Source: an uncultured Acidimicrobiia bacterium
Lineage (GTDB): Bacteria > Actinomycetota > Acidimicrobiia > Acidimicrobiales > JACDCH01
Assembly (NCBI GenBank): GCA_963840695.1
Contig: CAWIZW010000012.1
Span: 154,424 to 218,423, forward strand
DNA length: 64,000 bases
Reading direction: 5' to 3'
The position numbers and the translations under genes are program-made. Shown piece by piece: positions 1 through 10,286 of this stretch. The notes beneath the pieces were generated by a model. That model was not told the origin of the DNA and did not search any database. It worked only from the letters and a program-made list of their open reading frames with translations. The stretch's first letter is position 1. The number at the start of each line of letters is the position of its first letter.

Positions 1-692
1 GTCGGCACGCTCGACTACGCGGCGGCGAGCTGGCGACAGGTGATGGCCGAGCTCGTCCGCATCCGGTCGATGTGGTTCGGGCTCATGTCGCTGACGATCT
101 CGTCGTTCCTCCTCGGCGCCCTGCGCGTCTGGGGCATCGAGTTCTTCAAGCGGGTGCACGGCCTGTCGGCCACCGAGGCGGGCGTCTCCGCGCCGGTCAT
201 CGGCGCCGGCGCGGCGATCGGGATCGTCGGCGGCGGCGATCGTGGCCGACCGCTCGCTCAAGGCGGGCAACCTCAACGCGCGCGTGCACGTCACCGCCGT
301 TGCGTCGGTCGCTCGCCACCGTCTTCCTGCGTCCCGGCCATCCTCACGACCAACCTCCTCCTGCTCCGCCGTGCTGTTCTTCTTCGGCTCGATGTGCCTG
401 ACCGCGCCGGTCGCGCCGAGCGAGGCGCTGGTGTCCGACGTCGTGCCCGGCGAGCTGCGCGGGCGGGCCGCGTCGGTGCGCTCGGTCGTCCGAGCGCTGT
501 CGCCGCGCTCGCGCCGCTGCTCGTCGGCGCCATCTCCGACGCCCTCGACGACGACCTCCGCATCGCCCTCGCCGTCGTCACGCCGCTCTACGCCGTCGGT
601 GGGCTCGTGATGCTCTTCGCCGCCCGCACCTACCCCGCCGACCTCGCCTTCGCCGCCGCCGAGGCCGAGCGCACCGCACCGGCCGAACCTGA
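1..692 (+). pseudogene. MFS-type transporter, C-terminal portion (5' end outside the window), frame broken several times
   Basis: Hydrophobic helix-rich translation runs in from the window edge and is spread over all three + frames (SMWFGLMSLTISSFLLGALRVWGIEFF; AVLFFFGSMCLTAPVAPSEALVSDVVPGELRGRA; LAPLLVGAISDALDDDLRIALAVVTPLYAVGGLVMLFAARTY). The stop is inferred as TGA 690-692 after one more shift. Confidence 0.55.
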
Positions 693-704
693 CGCGCGTG
701 TCAG
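689..704. promoter_or_regulatory. Palindromic operator-like site 1 (CTGACGcgcgTGTCAG)
   Basis: The left flank is gAAC. The site lies at the MFS gene end and overlaps GTG 698 of the dehydrogenase-aldolase operon. The geometry is GAACCT, 7 nt, GTG. Confidence 0.6.
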
Positions 705-1708
705 ACTCCGCTGCCGTGAAGATCCTCGCCACCGCCCCGCTGCGCGGGCCCGGCCTCGACACGCTGCGCGGCGCTCGGCGAGCTCGTCGAGGAGCCGTGG
801 ATCACCGGGCCGACCTCGCCGATGCGCCTGCTCGGCGAGGACGCACCTCGCCGCCCGGCTCGACCGAGCTCGGCGCCGACGTCGTCATCTGCGAGGCCGA
901 CTCGGTGAAGGGGCCGGTGCTCGACCTCGGCCTCGCCGGCCATCGGCTCGACCCGGGGCGACCCGACCAACGTCGACGTCGCCGGCGCCACCGCCAAGGG
1001 CATCCCCGTGCTGCGGGCGCCGGGCCGCAACGCCGACGGCGTCGCCGAGCTCGCCGTCGCCCTGCTGCTCGCCGTGCACCCGCGGCATCGTCGCCGCCGA
1101 TCGCGACGTGCGCGCCGGGCGAGGTGTTCCGCGACGGCACGATCCCCTACCAGCGCTTCCGGGCGTGGCAGGTCGCGGGCCGGACCGTCGGGCTCGTCGG
1201 GCTCGGCGCCGTCGGGCGCGCGGCCCGGTGGCGCTTCGAGGGCCTCGGCATGCGGGTCCGCGCGCTACGACCCCTTCGCCGCCGACGCCACCGACCCCGA
1301 CCTCGACGAGATGCTCGCGCGAGGTCGACGTCGTGTCGATGCACGCCGCCGTGACGCCCGAGACCCTCGGCCTCATCGGCGCCGGCCGGTTCGAGCGCAT
1401 GCGCGACGGCGCCGTCTTCGTCAACACCGCCCGGGCCGCGCTCCACGACCTCGACGCCCTCACCGCGGCCCTCGGCGTCCGGCCACCTCGCGGCCGCCGG
1501 CGCTCGACCACTTCGAGGGCGAGGCGCTCGCCGCCGACCACCCGCTGGCGGCGATGCCCAACGTCGTGCTGACCCCGCACATCGGCGGCGCCACCTACGA
1601 CACCGAGGCCAACCACACACGCTCGATCGCCGACGGGCTCGCCGCCCTGGTCGGCCGGCGAGCGCGCCGACGAACTGCGTCAACCCGGAGGTGCTCGAGC
1701 GTGGGTGA
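698..1708 (+). pseudogene. D-isomer-specific 2-hydroxyacid dehydrogenase (PGDH-like), multiply frameshifted
   Basis: Fragments lie in three frames: VKILATAPLRGPGLDTL, ELGADVVICEADSVKG, GIPVLRAPGRNADGVAELAVALLLAV, GRTVGLVGLGAVGRAA (GxGxxG), VVSMHAAVTPETLGLIG and VVLTPHIGGATYDTE. The tail is NPEVLERG followed by TGA 1706-1708. The start is GTG 698 or GTG 716. Confidence 0.7.
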
Positions 1709-2366
1709 CTCGAGCCCGACGACGACGAAGGAGGAGGTGCTCGCCACGGCCAAGCAGATGCTGGCCGACGGCCTCGTCGAAGGCACCGCCGGCAACATCT
1801 CCGGCCGCCTCGACGACGACCGGGTGTGCCTCACGCCGTCGTCGGTCGCCTACGAGACGATGACGCTCGACGACCTCGTCGTCGTCGACCTCGACGGCAA
1901 CGTCGTCGAGGGGCACCGCGTCCCCGACCACCGAGAAGGACCTCCACCTCTCGGTGCTGCGCGCCTATCCGGAGCTCGGCGCCGTCATCCACACCCACGC
2001 CGTCTACGCCACGATGTTCGCCCTCGCCCACGAGCCGATCCCCGCCGTGATCGAGGAGGTCGTCGTGTACCTCGGCGGCGACGTCCCGTGCTGCGACTAC
2101 AAGGGCACCGGGACGCGGGAGCTCGGCGACGAGGTCGCCGTCGAAGCTCGCCGACCGCGGCGCGGCGCTGCTCGCCAACCACGGCCTCGTCACGTGCGGC
2201 CCGAACCCGGCCAAGGCCCTGCACAACGCCGCCCTCGCCGAGCGCACGGCCAAGATCGTGTGGGGCGCCCGGGCGGCGGGGCTGGCGATCGTGCCCGCTG
2301 CCGGAGAAGGTCAACGCCGACATGGCCGGCGTGTACCGGTTCATGCGCGAGAACCCCGGGCGGTGA
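1701..2366 (+). pseudogene. Class II aldolase/adducin-family protein, frameshifted
   Basis: Fragments are EEVLATAKQMLADGLVEGTAGNISGRLDDDRVCLTPSSVAYETM, then (other frame) YPELGAVIHTHAVYATMFALAHEPIPAV, then the C-terminal LPEKVNADMAGVYRFMRENPGR. GTG 1701 overlaps the upstream stop. Confidence 0.7.
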
Positions 2367-2376
2367 CGCCGGAAAC

Positions 2377-2391
2377 CTGACACACCGTCAG
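2377..2391. promoter_or_regulatory. Palindromic operator-like site 2 (CTGACAcacCGTCAG, spacer 3 instead of 4)
   Basis: The left flank is AAAC. It is followed directly by TACGCT (2393-2398), then 8 nt, then ATG 2407. Confidence 0.55.
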
Positions 2392-2406
2392 ATACGCTCG
2401 CCGGCC

Positions 2407-3475
2407 ATGCCGTACCGCGTCGTGCAATGGTCGACCGGCCACGTCGGGATGCACGCCCTCCGGGCGATCCTCGACCACCCGGACCTCGAGCTCGTCGGCC
2501 TCTGGGTCCACTCGCCCGACAAGGTCGGGCGCGACGCCGGCGAGCTCGCCGGGCGGGCGCCGTCGGGGTCGCCGCCACCAACGACGTCGACGCCCTGCTC
2601 GACCTCGCCCCCGATGTCGTCTGCTACACGGCCACGGCCGACCTGCGCCCGCACGAGGCGGTCGCCGACATCGCCCGCATCCTCCAGGCCGGGGTCAACG
2701 TCGTGTCGAGCTCGCTCGTGCAGCTGCTGCACCCGCCGACCGCCGACCGATCGCTCGTCGAGCCCGCTCGAGGCCGCGTGCAAGGAGGGCGGCGCCTCCG
2801 TCTTCTTCAACGGCATCGATCCCGGGTTCTGCAACGACCTCCTCCCGCTCGTCCTGTCGGGCGTCAGCCAGCGCATCCGGTCGGTGCGGGTCATGGAGAT
2901 CCTCAACTACGCCACCTACGACCAGGCCGAGGTGCTGTTCGACACCATGGGCTTCGGCCAGGCCCTCGACGCGCAGCCGATGCTCCTGATCCCCGGCATC
3001 CTCGGCTACGCCTGGGGCGGCGCGGTGCAGTCCATCGCCGAGGGGCTCGGCGTCGAGCTGGACGAGATCCGTCGAGATCCACGAGCGGGTGCCGTTCGAC
3101 CGGCCGATCGAGGTCGCCGGGCGCACCGTCGAGCCGGGCACGACCGCCGGTCTCCGCTTCGAGGTCCAGGGCATGGTCCACGGCCGGCCGGTCGTGATCG
3201 TCGAGCACGTGACCCGGCTCCACGACGACGTCGCGCCCGAGTGGCCCGCGCAGGTGGGCCAGGGCCTCTACCGCGTCATCGTCGAGGGCGAGCCGACGAT
3301 CCAGTGCGAGATCTCCTTCTGCGGCGAGGACGGCGACCACAACACCGGCGGCCTGATCGTCACGGCCGCCAAGCTGCTCAACGCCGTCCCGGCCGTCGTG
3401 GCGGCCGCGCCCGGCATGCTGTCGGCGCTCGACCTCCCGCTCGTGTCCGGGAAGAACCTGGTCGAGGGCGACTAA
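2407..3475 (+). pseudogene. NAD(P)H-dependent amine dehydrogenase / DapB-like oxidoreductase family protein, frameshifted
   Basis: MPYRVVQWSTGHVGMHALRAILDHPDLELVGLWVHSPDKVGRDAGEL, VDALLDLAPDVVCYTATADLRP, and GASVFFNGIDPGFCNDLLPLVLSG through to LPLVSGKNLVEGD are distributed over three frames. The stop is TAA 3473-3475. Confidence 0.65.
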
Positions 3476-3476
3476 C

Positions 3477-3492
3477 CTGACGTGAGCGTCAG
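3477..3492. promoter_or_regulatory. Palindromic operator-like site 3 (CTGACGtgagCGTCAG)
   Basis: It forms a perfect 22-bp palindrome AACCTGACGtgagCGTCAGGTT (3474-3495). A TAACCT hexamer is fused to the left arm. Downstream are a GAGGGG Shine-Dalgarno-like run and ATG 3511. Confidence 0.65.
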
Positions 3493-3510
3493 GTTTCGAG
3501 GGGTCGAAGC

Positions 3511-4912
3511 ATGCCGCGTCGCACGACGCACAACCGATGGCGGATCGTCCTCGGGGTGCTCGCCGCCACGCTCCTGGCCGCCTGCGGCACGCGAGCATCC
3601 GACGACGAGTTCGCCGGCGACGACGCCGAGAGCGAGCTTGACGCGACAACGGCCACGGGCGGCGCCACCGGCGAGCCAGGCGCCGGTGTCGAGACCGGCG
3701 CCAACCAGGCCTCCGACGTCGGCATCACCGAGACGACGATCCGCCTCGGCACGATCGTCGCCGAGAACGGCGTGCTCGGCGACGCCTTCGCGCCTGCGGT
3801 GTGGGGCCTGCGGGCCTGGACGGAGTGGATCAACAGCCAGGGCGGGATCAGCGGCCGGCTGGTCGAGCTGTTCACGTGCGACGACCGCGAGGACCGGGCC
3901 CGGTCGCTCGAGTGCGCCCGGCGACTCGTCGAGGAGGACGAGGTCTTCGCCCTCGTCGCCACGAACAGCCGCGCCCTCGGCGGCGCCGCGCCCTACCTGA
4001 ACGAGCAGGACATCCCCGTGCTCGGCATCCCGATCACGAACAGCTTCTACCGCTACCCGCACTTCTACAGCGTGTACGGCGGCGGCTACCCGAACGACGG
4101 GACGACGGTCGGCAACGACGGACGAGCTGATGCAGTTCACGAGCAACTACCGGTGGTTCCGCGAGAACCTCGGAGCCACCAACGCCGCCGTCTTCTCCTA
4201 CGACATCGCCGAGTCGAGCCAGGCCGCCGACTTCATCGAGCAGGGCCTCCGGCTCGAGGGCTACACCGACATCGCCCGGTACACCGTCTCCTTCGCCGCG
4301 CCGAGCTTCGACCAGCCCGTCGCCGACATGCAGCGCCGCGGCACACAGATCATCTTCGACGCCATGGACGACGGCGCCAACCGCCGGCTGTGCGACGCCA
4401 TGGCCCGCCGTCAGTTCACCGTCGCGGCCAAGGTCACGACGATCGTCGGCTACGGCGACGAGGTCGGCACCGCCTTCAACGACGCCTGCCGGAACTCGAC
4501 CTACATCCCCGGCGACTCGATCCCGTACACCACGACGTCGGTCCCGATCATCGCCGCCTTCAACGAGGCCATGGCGCAGTACCAGCCGGACAAGGCGCTG
4601 CACCAGTGGGAGCTGGAGGCGTGGGCGCTGGCGACGATGGTCCGCGACGGCGTCGGGTCGATGGGGCCGGCGCCGACCCGGGCCGGGTTCGAGGCGTGGA
4701 TCCGGGCCCAGGACAACTTCACCGCCGACGGGATCATGAAGGGGATCAGCTACCTCCCCGAGGACTTCTCCCAGCCGCGCGCCCGGCACTGCTTCGCCAT
4801 CGCCCGGTGGCAGGACGCCACCGGCGGCTTCAGCCTCGTGAACCCGCCGTTCCCGCAGTGCTACGAGGACTCCCAGCGCTACGGCACCCCCGCCCGCGAG
4901 AACGGCGATTAG
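3511..4912 (+). pseudogene. ABC transporter substrate-binding lipoprotein (LivJ/branched-chain amino acid type), one frameshift near 4125
   Basis: It has a signal peptide plus lipobox (VLAATLLAACGT). The periplasmic-binding-protein-like body includes IRLGTIVAENGVLGDAF and WINSQGGISGRLVELFTCDD. The sequence continues in ORF 4130-4912. Confidence 0.7.
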
Positions 4913-4957
4913 CGGTTCGGAGCCAACTACCCTCCCGCCGACACGTGAGGCTGACGG

Positions 4958-6082
4958 TTGGGGGGAACGACCATGGCCGAAGTACCGGTTCGGACCGCGG
5001 ACGCCACGCCGGCGTTCGTCACCGAGGCACTGCGCGAGGGGGGCGTCATCGGGCCCGACTCGCGGGTGGCCGAGGTCGACCACGACGAGATCGGTGTCGG
5101 CGTCGGCATCGTCGGCCAGCTGGCCCGCCTCGGCCTGCGCTACGACGGACACGCCGAGGGCGCGCCGGGGACGGTCATCCTGAAGCTGCCGTCGGAGTTC
5201 CCCGAGAACCGCGCCGTGGCCGACCACTTCAACTTCTACGAGCGCGAGGGCCGCTTCTACCAGCAGATCGGCGAGAAGCTCAGCGTGCGCACGCCGCGCT
5301 GCTACTGGAACCACATCGACGTCGAGCGCCAGACCTTCGGTCTCCTGCTCGAGGACCTCGGCTCGCGGACGATGATCAGCCAGGTCGCCGGCGTCGGCGC
5401 CGACCGTGCGGCCCAGGCCTTGACCGCGCTCGGCGAGCTCCACGCCACGTGGTGGTCTTCGCCCGCGCTCGACGGCCTCGACTGGATGCCTCGCCTCGAC
5501 GATCCCATCAACCTGGCCGCCGGCCAGCAGTACCGCGACGCCTGGCCCCTCTTCGTCGAGCGGATCGGCGACGCCATCCCGGCCGAGGCCCTCGAGCTCG
5601 GCGAGCGGGTGCAGCACGCGATGGAGGAGCTCCTCCTGCGGGGCATCGCCGAGGCACCGATGACGATCTGTCACGGCGACTTCCGCATCGACAACCTCCT
5701 CTTCGACGACAGCACCGACGGGCACGATCACGTCGCCGTGCTCGACTGGCAGATCACCCTCCGGGGCCCCGGCGTCGGTGACGTCTGCTACTTCCTGTCG
5801 CAGTCGATGCAGCCCGACGAACGGCGCGCCGCAGAGCACGACCTCGTGCGCACCTGGTACGACGCTGTCGTCGCCGGCTCCGGGCGTGTGCTCGACGAGT
5901 ACCCGTTCGAGCTGGCGTGGTCGCACTACCGCCGCGCCTTGCTCAGCGCCACCGTCTACCCGGTCACCGGCATGGGCGCCATGGATCCCGCCAACGAGCG
6001 GGGCCATCAGCTCGTGACGGAGATGGCGGTGCGCTCCTTCTCCGCCTGCCTCGAGCTCGACGCCGCCGAGCTGCTGCCGTAG
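4958..6082 (+). CDS. Phosphotransferase (APH / choline-kinase-like) family protein
   Basis: The ORF is an intact 374 aa. The catalytic loop is ICHGDFRIDNLLF, followed by VLDWQ. The likely true start is ATG 4973, after a GGGGGGA Shine-Dalgarno-like run. Confidence 0.75.
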   Translation: MGGTTMAEVPVRTADATPAFVTEALREGGVIGPDSRVAEVDHDEIGVGVGIVGQLARLGLRYDGHAEGAPGTVILKLPSEFPENRAVADHFNFYEREGRFYQQIGEKLSVRTPRCYWNHIDVERQTFGLLLEDLGSRTMISQVAGVGADRAAQALTALGELHATWWSSPALDGLDWMPRLDDPINLAAGQQYRDAWPLFVERIGDAIPAEALELGERVQHAMEELLLRGIAEAPMTICHGDFRIDNLLFDDSTDGHDHVAVLDWQITLRGPGVGDVCYFLSQSMQPDERRAAEHDLVRTWYDAVVAGSGRVLDEYPFELAWSHYRRALLSATVYPVTGMGAMDPANERGHQLVTEMAVRSFSACLELDAAELLP

Positions 6083-6102
6083 CCCGCGACGGGGGGAGGA
6101 TC

Positions 6103-6819
6103 TCAGCCTGCGAGGTAGTCGCCGGCGGCACTGCCGTGCAGCTCGCCGGGCTCGCCGCACCACGCCACGCGGCCCTTGGCGAGCACGTAGCAGAGGTCGG
6201 CCAGCCGGAGCGCATGGGTGAGGTACTGCTCGACGAGGACGATCGTGCGCCCGCCGTCGCGCAGCGCCTCGACCTGCTCGAAGATCTGGGCGACCACGAG
6301 CGGGGCGAGGCCCATCGAGAGCTCGTCGAACAGCACCACCTCCGGCGACCCGACGAGCGAGCGGCAAAGGGCGAGCATCTGCTGCTCGCCGCCGGACAAC
6401 GAGCCGGCCCGCTGTCCGAGCCGCTCCCCGCAGCCGAGGGAACGTCGCGGCGACGGTGTCGAGCCAGGCGTCCCACGGGCCGGCGCCGTCGGCCGATGCG
6501 GAGCGGTGGGCGATCTGGAGGTTCTCCTCGACCGAGAGCCCGGGGAACACGCCGCGGCCCTCGGGCACGAGCACGACGCCGCGCCGGGCGATCGTCGAGG
6601 GCCGGTGGCCGTCGATCCGCCGTCCGTCGAGGCGGATGGCGCCCGAGCGGATCGGCAGCAGGCCGGAGACGGCCCGCAGCGTCGTCGTCTTCCCGGCGCC
6701 GTTCGGCCCGAGCAGGGCGACCACGCTCCCCCGGGCACGGCGAGGGACAGGCCGTGCAGGATCTCGATGCGGCCGTACCCGGCGTGCACGCCTTCGACGG
6801 AGAGCGCGGCCGGCGTCAT
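6103..6819 (-). pseudogene. livF: Branched-chain amino acid ABC transporter ATP-binding protein (LivF type), frameshifted
   Basis: N-terminal [26 protein letters not shown], the Walker A segment [18 protein letters not shown] (other frame), and the signature/Walker B segment SGGEQQMLALCRSLVGSPEVVLFDELSMGL are all present. The ATGA overlap joins it to the livG stop. Confidence 0.75.
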
Positions 6820-7634
6820 CGCGATGCAGGGTCCTCGACGCCGAGGTAGGCGACGCGCACCTTCTCGTCCGACGCGATCTCGGCCGGCGTCCCGGCCGCG
6901 ATGAGACGGCCGAAGTCGAGCACGTAGATCCACGACGACAGCGCCATCACCAGCTCGACGTCGTGCTCGACGAGCAGGATGCCGACGCCCGTCGCGGCCA
7001 CCTCGCGCAGCACCGCCTGGAACGCGGCGGTCTCGCCGCGGTCGAGGCCGCTGCCGGGCTCGTCGAGCAGCAGCACGGTCGGCCTGGTGCACAGCGCCCG
7101 ACCGAGCTCGACCAGTCGGAGGAGGGCGGTGGAGAGCGATCCGGCGACGCGGTCGGCGACCGGTCCGAGGCCGACGAGGTCGATGACCGCCTCGACCTCG
7201 GCCACGACGGTCGGGTCGTCGCGGTGGCGGAGCGCGAAGACCTCGGTGAAGGTGCGTCCGGGGCGAGCGGCCTCGGCGGCGACCTGGAGGTTCTCGAACA
7301 CCGTCATGCCGGTGAAGACCTCGAGCCGCTGGAACGTCCGGGCCATCCCGAGCCGGGCCCGCTGGTGCGTGCCGAGGGTGGTGACGTCGCGGCCGCCGAG
7401 GCGGACCGAACCCGCGTCGGGCGGGCGCAGCCCGGTCAGGGCGTTGAACATCGTCGTCTTGCCGGCGCCGTTCGGGCCGATGAGCGAGGTGACGGCGCCG
7501 GGCGCCACCGCGAGCGACACGTCGTCGACCGCGGTCAGCCCGCCGAAGCGCACGGTGATCGACGTCGCCTCGAGCACCGGGTCGTCACCGGGGGCGGTCC
7601 CGTCAGGACCGGCGGGGAAAGTCGACGTGATCAC
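6816..7634 (-). CDS. livG: Branched-chain amino acid ABC transporter ATP-binding protein (LivG type)
   Basis: The gene is intact. Walker A is [18 protein letters not shown], the signature region is [16 protein letters not shown] and Walker B is LLLDEP. GTG 7634 overlaps the livM stop as GTGA. Confidence 0.8.
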   Translation of the reverse strand: MITSTFPAGPDGTAPGDDPVLEATSITVRFGGLTAVDDVSLAVAPGAVTSLIGPNGAGKTTMFNALTGLRPPDAGSVRLGGRDVTTLGTHQRARLGMARTFQRLEVFTGMTVFENLQVAAEAARPGRTFTEVFALRHRDDPTVVAEVEAVIDLVGLGPVADRVAGSLSTALLRLVELGRALCTRPTVLLLDEPGSGLDRGETAAFQAVLREVAATGVGILLVEHDVELVMALSSWIYVLDFGRLIAAGTPAEIASDEKVRVAYLGVEDPASR

Positions 7635-8729
7635 GTCGGTTTCCCCCGCACATTCGCGGTTTCGGCGAGGAGGCGTTGGGCGAACTCGCTCGGGACCAGG
7701 CCGGCGCCGACCGGCGCCGGCGCCGCGGCCGGTGCTGCCGCGGCGCGCCACGCTCGCGTCAGGTGGCGCTCGATCCCGGCGGGAGCCGCTCGGCCAGCCC
7801 GACGAGGCCGCCCGGCATCCGCCCGAGGAGACAGCGCGGCCAGCAGGCCGAACACGCCGATGGCGCGAGGACGTCGAGGTCGGTGACCCGCGGGATGACG
7901 ACGTACAGGACCGCCGCCAGGATGGCCCCGCGGATCGATGCCACCCCCGCCACGACGACGGCCACGAACCAGAACAGGCCGAAGACGGGGTTGAACGTCG
8001 TGACGTCCCAGTTCTGGTCGGCCTGGGTGAGCATGGCGCCGCCGATGCCGGCCATCGCCGAGGAGACGCCGAACACGAACAGCTTCGCCCGGCGCAGGCC
8101 GATGCCGATCGAGCGGGCCGCCGTCTCCGAGTCGCGCATGGCGGCGAGCACGCGGCCGAGGCGTCCCGTGCGCAGGTTGCGGGCCAGCAGCAAGCATGGC
8201 GCCGAGCACGACGAGCTCGTAGAACCAGAACGCCGTGTCGCCGGAGAGGTCGATCCCGAAGAGCTGGGGCCGCTCGATCACGAGCCCGCCCGGGCCGCCC
8301 GCGAACAGCTCGGCGTGTTGAACACGAACCGGTCGATGATCAGCGCCAGCGCCAGCGTCGTCAGCCCGAGGAACAGGCCCTTGCCGTTTCAGCGCCGGCT
8401 AGCCGGCGGCCAGGCCGGCGACGAGCGCGACGCCGGCGCCCGGGACCATGGCGAGGAGGACCGGCAGGTCGAAGGCGTTGGCGAACCGTGCGGTCGCGAA
8501 CGCGCCGAGCCCGGCGATCGAGGCCTGCCCGAGGGTGATGTGACCGGAGAAGCCGGTGATGCACGTGATCGACACGAAGATCACGGCGAGCGCGAGGAGG
8601 TGCTGGCCGAGCCGGAGGTCGGCGCCGTCGAGGTAGGCCGGCGCGAGGACGGCGGCGAGGACCATGGCGATGGTGACGAACGACGCCGACGCGGCCCGAC
8701 CGGCGGGCTCGCCCGAAGGCTCCGGTCAC
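7631..8729 (-). pseudogene. livM: Branched-chain amino acid ABC transporter permease (LivM type), frameshifted
   Basis: TM-rich fragments are [50 protein letters not shown] and [42 protein letters not shown]. The putative GTG 8729 overlaps the livH stop as GTGA. Confidence 0.6.
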
Positions 8730-9667
8730 GAAGCCGGGGCCGCGTGGACGTGTCGCCCACCTCGTCGAGGCGGCGGAACAGGAGCAGCACCGCCAGCAGG
8801 AGGATGCTCGAGAGGTTGAGGACCGCCGCGTCGTACAGGCGGGCGGGGTCGGTGCCGGAGCCGAAGGGCTCGAAGCCGTCGAGCACGGCGCGGCGTCAGT
8901 CCCATCACGAGGAAGCCGAAGAGCGACGGCGACGGGCAGGCTCGTGAGCCGGGCGACGACGGCGACCGAGAACGTCTCGATGCCGAGGAAGATGATCTTC
9001 TGCGGCTCGAGCACCGGCGCCGCGATGAGCAGCCCCGTGAGGGCGGCGAGCGAGCAGCCGAGCGTCCACGCCACCTGCGACACGCGGTTGGCGTCGATGG
9101 CGGCCAGCTCGGCCAGCTCGCGCCGGTCGACCACGGCGCGGATGCTCGTGCCGAGGAACGTGCGGCGCAGCAGGAAGCAGAGACCGGCCGACAGGGCGAG
9201 GATGGCGAGCACGACGCCGACCTGCTCGGTGTCGAGGACGAAGCGAGCCGACCTCGAAGGTCTTGTCGGGGAAGAGGCGCGGCACCGGGTCCTCGACGCC
9301 GCCCTGCACGCCCGGACCCCAGATCCAGTTGATGAGCCCGAGGATCACCACCGTCACGCCGAGGGCGGCGACGAGCTTCTCCGAGCTGCCAGCCCGCCGC
9401 ACCTGGAGCGGCCGGAACACGACCCGCTCGAGCACGAGCCCGAGCACGGGCCCGCACACGACCAGGACCACGATCACCGATGGCCACGAGCGGGACCCCG
9501 ACGACGCCGTTCAGCTGCCACCCGAGGTACCCGGCGAGGAGGGCGATGGCGAAGTGGGCGATGTTGAAGACGCCTGTCGCCGTGTACGTGAGGACGATCC
9601 CCGAGGCCGACAGCGCGTAGACGCCGCCGACGATGATGCCGAGCAGCGCGTTCTCGAGGAACACCAT
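8726..9667 (-). pseudogene. livH: Branched-chain amino acid ABC transporter permease (LivH type), frameshifted
   Basis: Fragments MVFLENALLGIIVGGVYALSASGIVLTYTATGVFNIAHFAI, LERVVFRPLQ, AVVDRRELAELAAIDANRVSQVAWTLG and ILLLAVLLLFRR lie in different frames. Confidence 0.6.
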
Positions 9668-9672
9668 CGGCG

Positions 9673-10206
9673 TCAGACCGACGCCGATGCCGGCTCGCAC
9701 AGCGGGCAGGGCGAGAGCCCGCGGCTCCGGGCGATCTCGACGGTGAGCTCCTCGGCGTCCTTGCCGGCGACCATGGGGCAGCCCTGGCGGTGGAAGGTCT
9801 CGCCGCCGCGGACCGCGAGCACCGCGTCCGACGACGCGCCGTTGCCCGAGGCGTCGATGCCCGCGTCGGGTGACGGCGCGTCCGGGCGGGTGAGCAGGAC
9901 GGCGTGGAGCTCCTCGACCAGGCGCTCCAGGCGGTCGAGGCGACCGCAGTCCTTGCGCAGCTCCTCGGTGCCGAGGAAGTAGGCGCCCACGATGCAGAGG
10001 AACAGGCCGCCGATGCCGCCGGAGACGAGGTACGGGATCTGCTTGGCGACGATCGCCTCCCCCGACACGCCGAGGTAGCCGAGAAGGATCAGGAGCGCGC
10101 CGAGGCCGATGGACACCCAGCCGATCCACGGGCGGATGGCGCGAACCGCCCACCGCCAGAGCATCTTCGGGTCGCGCTCGTCGCGCTCGTCGCGTTCGTC
10201 GCGCAT
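9673..10206 (-). CDS. Membrane protein with a C-terminal Ada-like Cys/His metal-binding motif (function unknown)
   Basis: The ORF is intact. The start ATG 10206 is preceded by GAGGAGG. The protein has an N-terminal (DER)x3 repeat, two predicted TM helices, a coiled segment, and then FHRQGCPMVAGKDAEELTVEIARSRGLSPCPLCEP. Confidence 0.55.
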   Translation of the reverse strand: MRDERDERDERDPKMLWRWAVRAIRPWIGWVSIGLGALLILLGYLGVSGEAIVAKQIPYLVSGGIGGLFLCIVGAYFLGTEELRKDCGRLDRLERLVEELHAVLLTRPDAPSPDAGIDASGNGASSDAVLAVRGGETFHRQGCPMVAGKDAEELTVEIARSRGLSPCPLCEPASASV

Positions 10207-10286
10207 GTCGCCTCCTCGGTTCATCGGCGCGACCCCGTCATCCCCTCGTTCGCCCCCCCGGGCCACCCAATCCTGCCGCGCCGGGC

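Noticed and set aside
698-700. GTG codons inside the palindromic operator, which the ORF track uses as gene starts (698, 11093, 58596).
   Set aside because: The half-site GTGTCAG automatically supplies a GTG followed by TCA. For 11093 and 58596, better-supported downstream ATG starts exist (11066, 58614). GTG 698, 50321 and 58593 are kept only as possibilities.
4941-4958. A single CTGACG half-site upstream of the phosphotransferase gene.
   Set aside because: There is no inverted partner at the correct spacing. It was not counted as an operator copy.
4034-6724. Very long ORFs with Arg/Pro/Ala/Gly-rich, low-complexity translations. Examples are 4034-6724 (-, 896 aa), 16135-18588 (-, 817 aa), 11775-13718 (-, 647 aa), 26047-28494 (+, 815 aa), 3511-5781 (+) beyond about 4125, and 42921-45344 (+) before about 44700.
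   Set aside because: These are typical shadow ORFs of a very GC-rich genome lying antisense to, or out of frame with, genes that have clear domain motifs. Only short parts of them (the livF N-terminus, the SBP N-terminus, TetR-4) correspond to real coding sequence.
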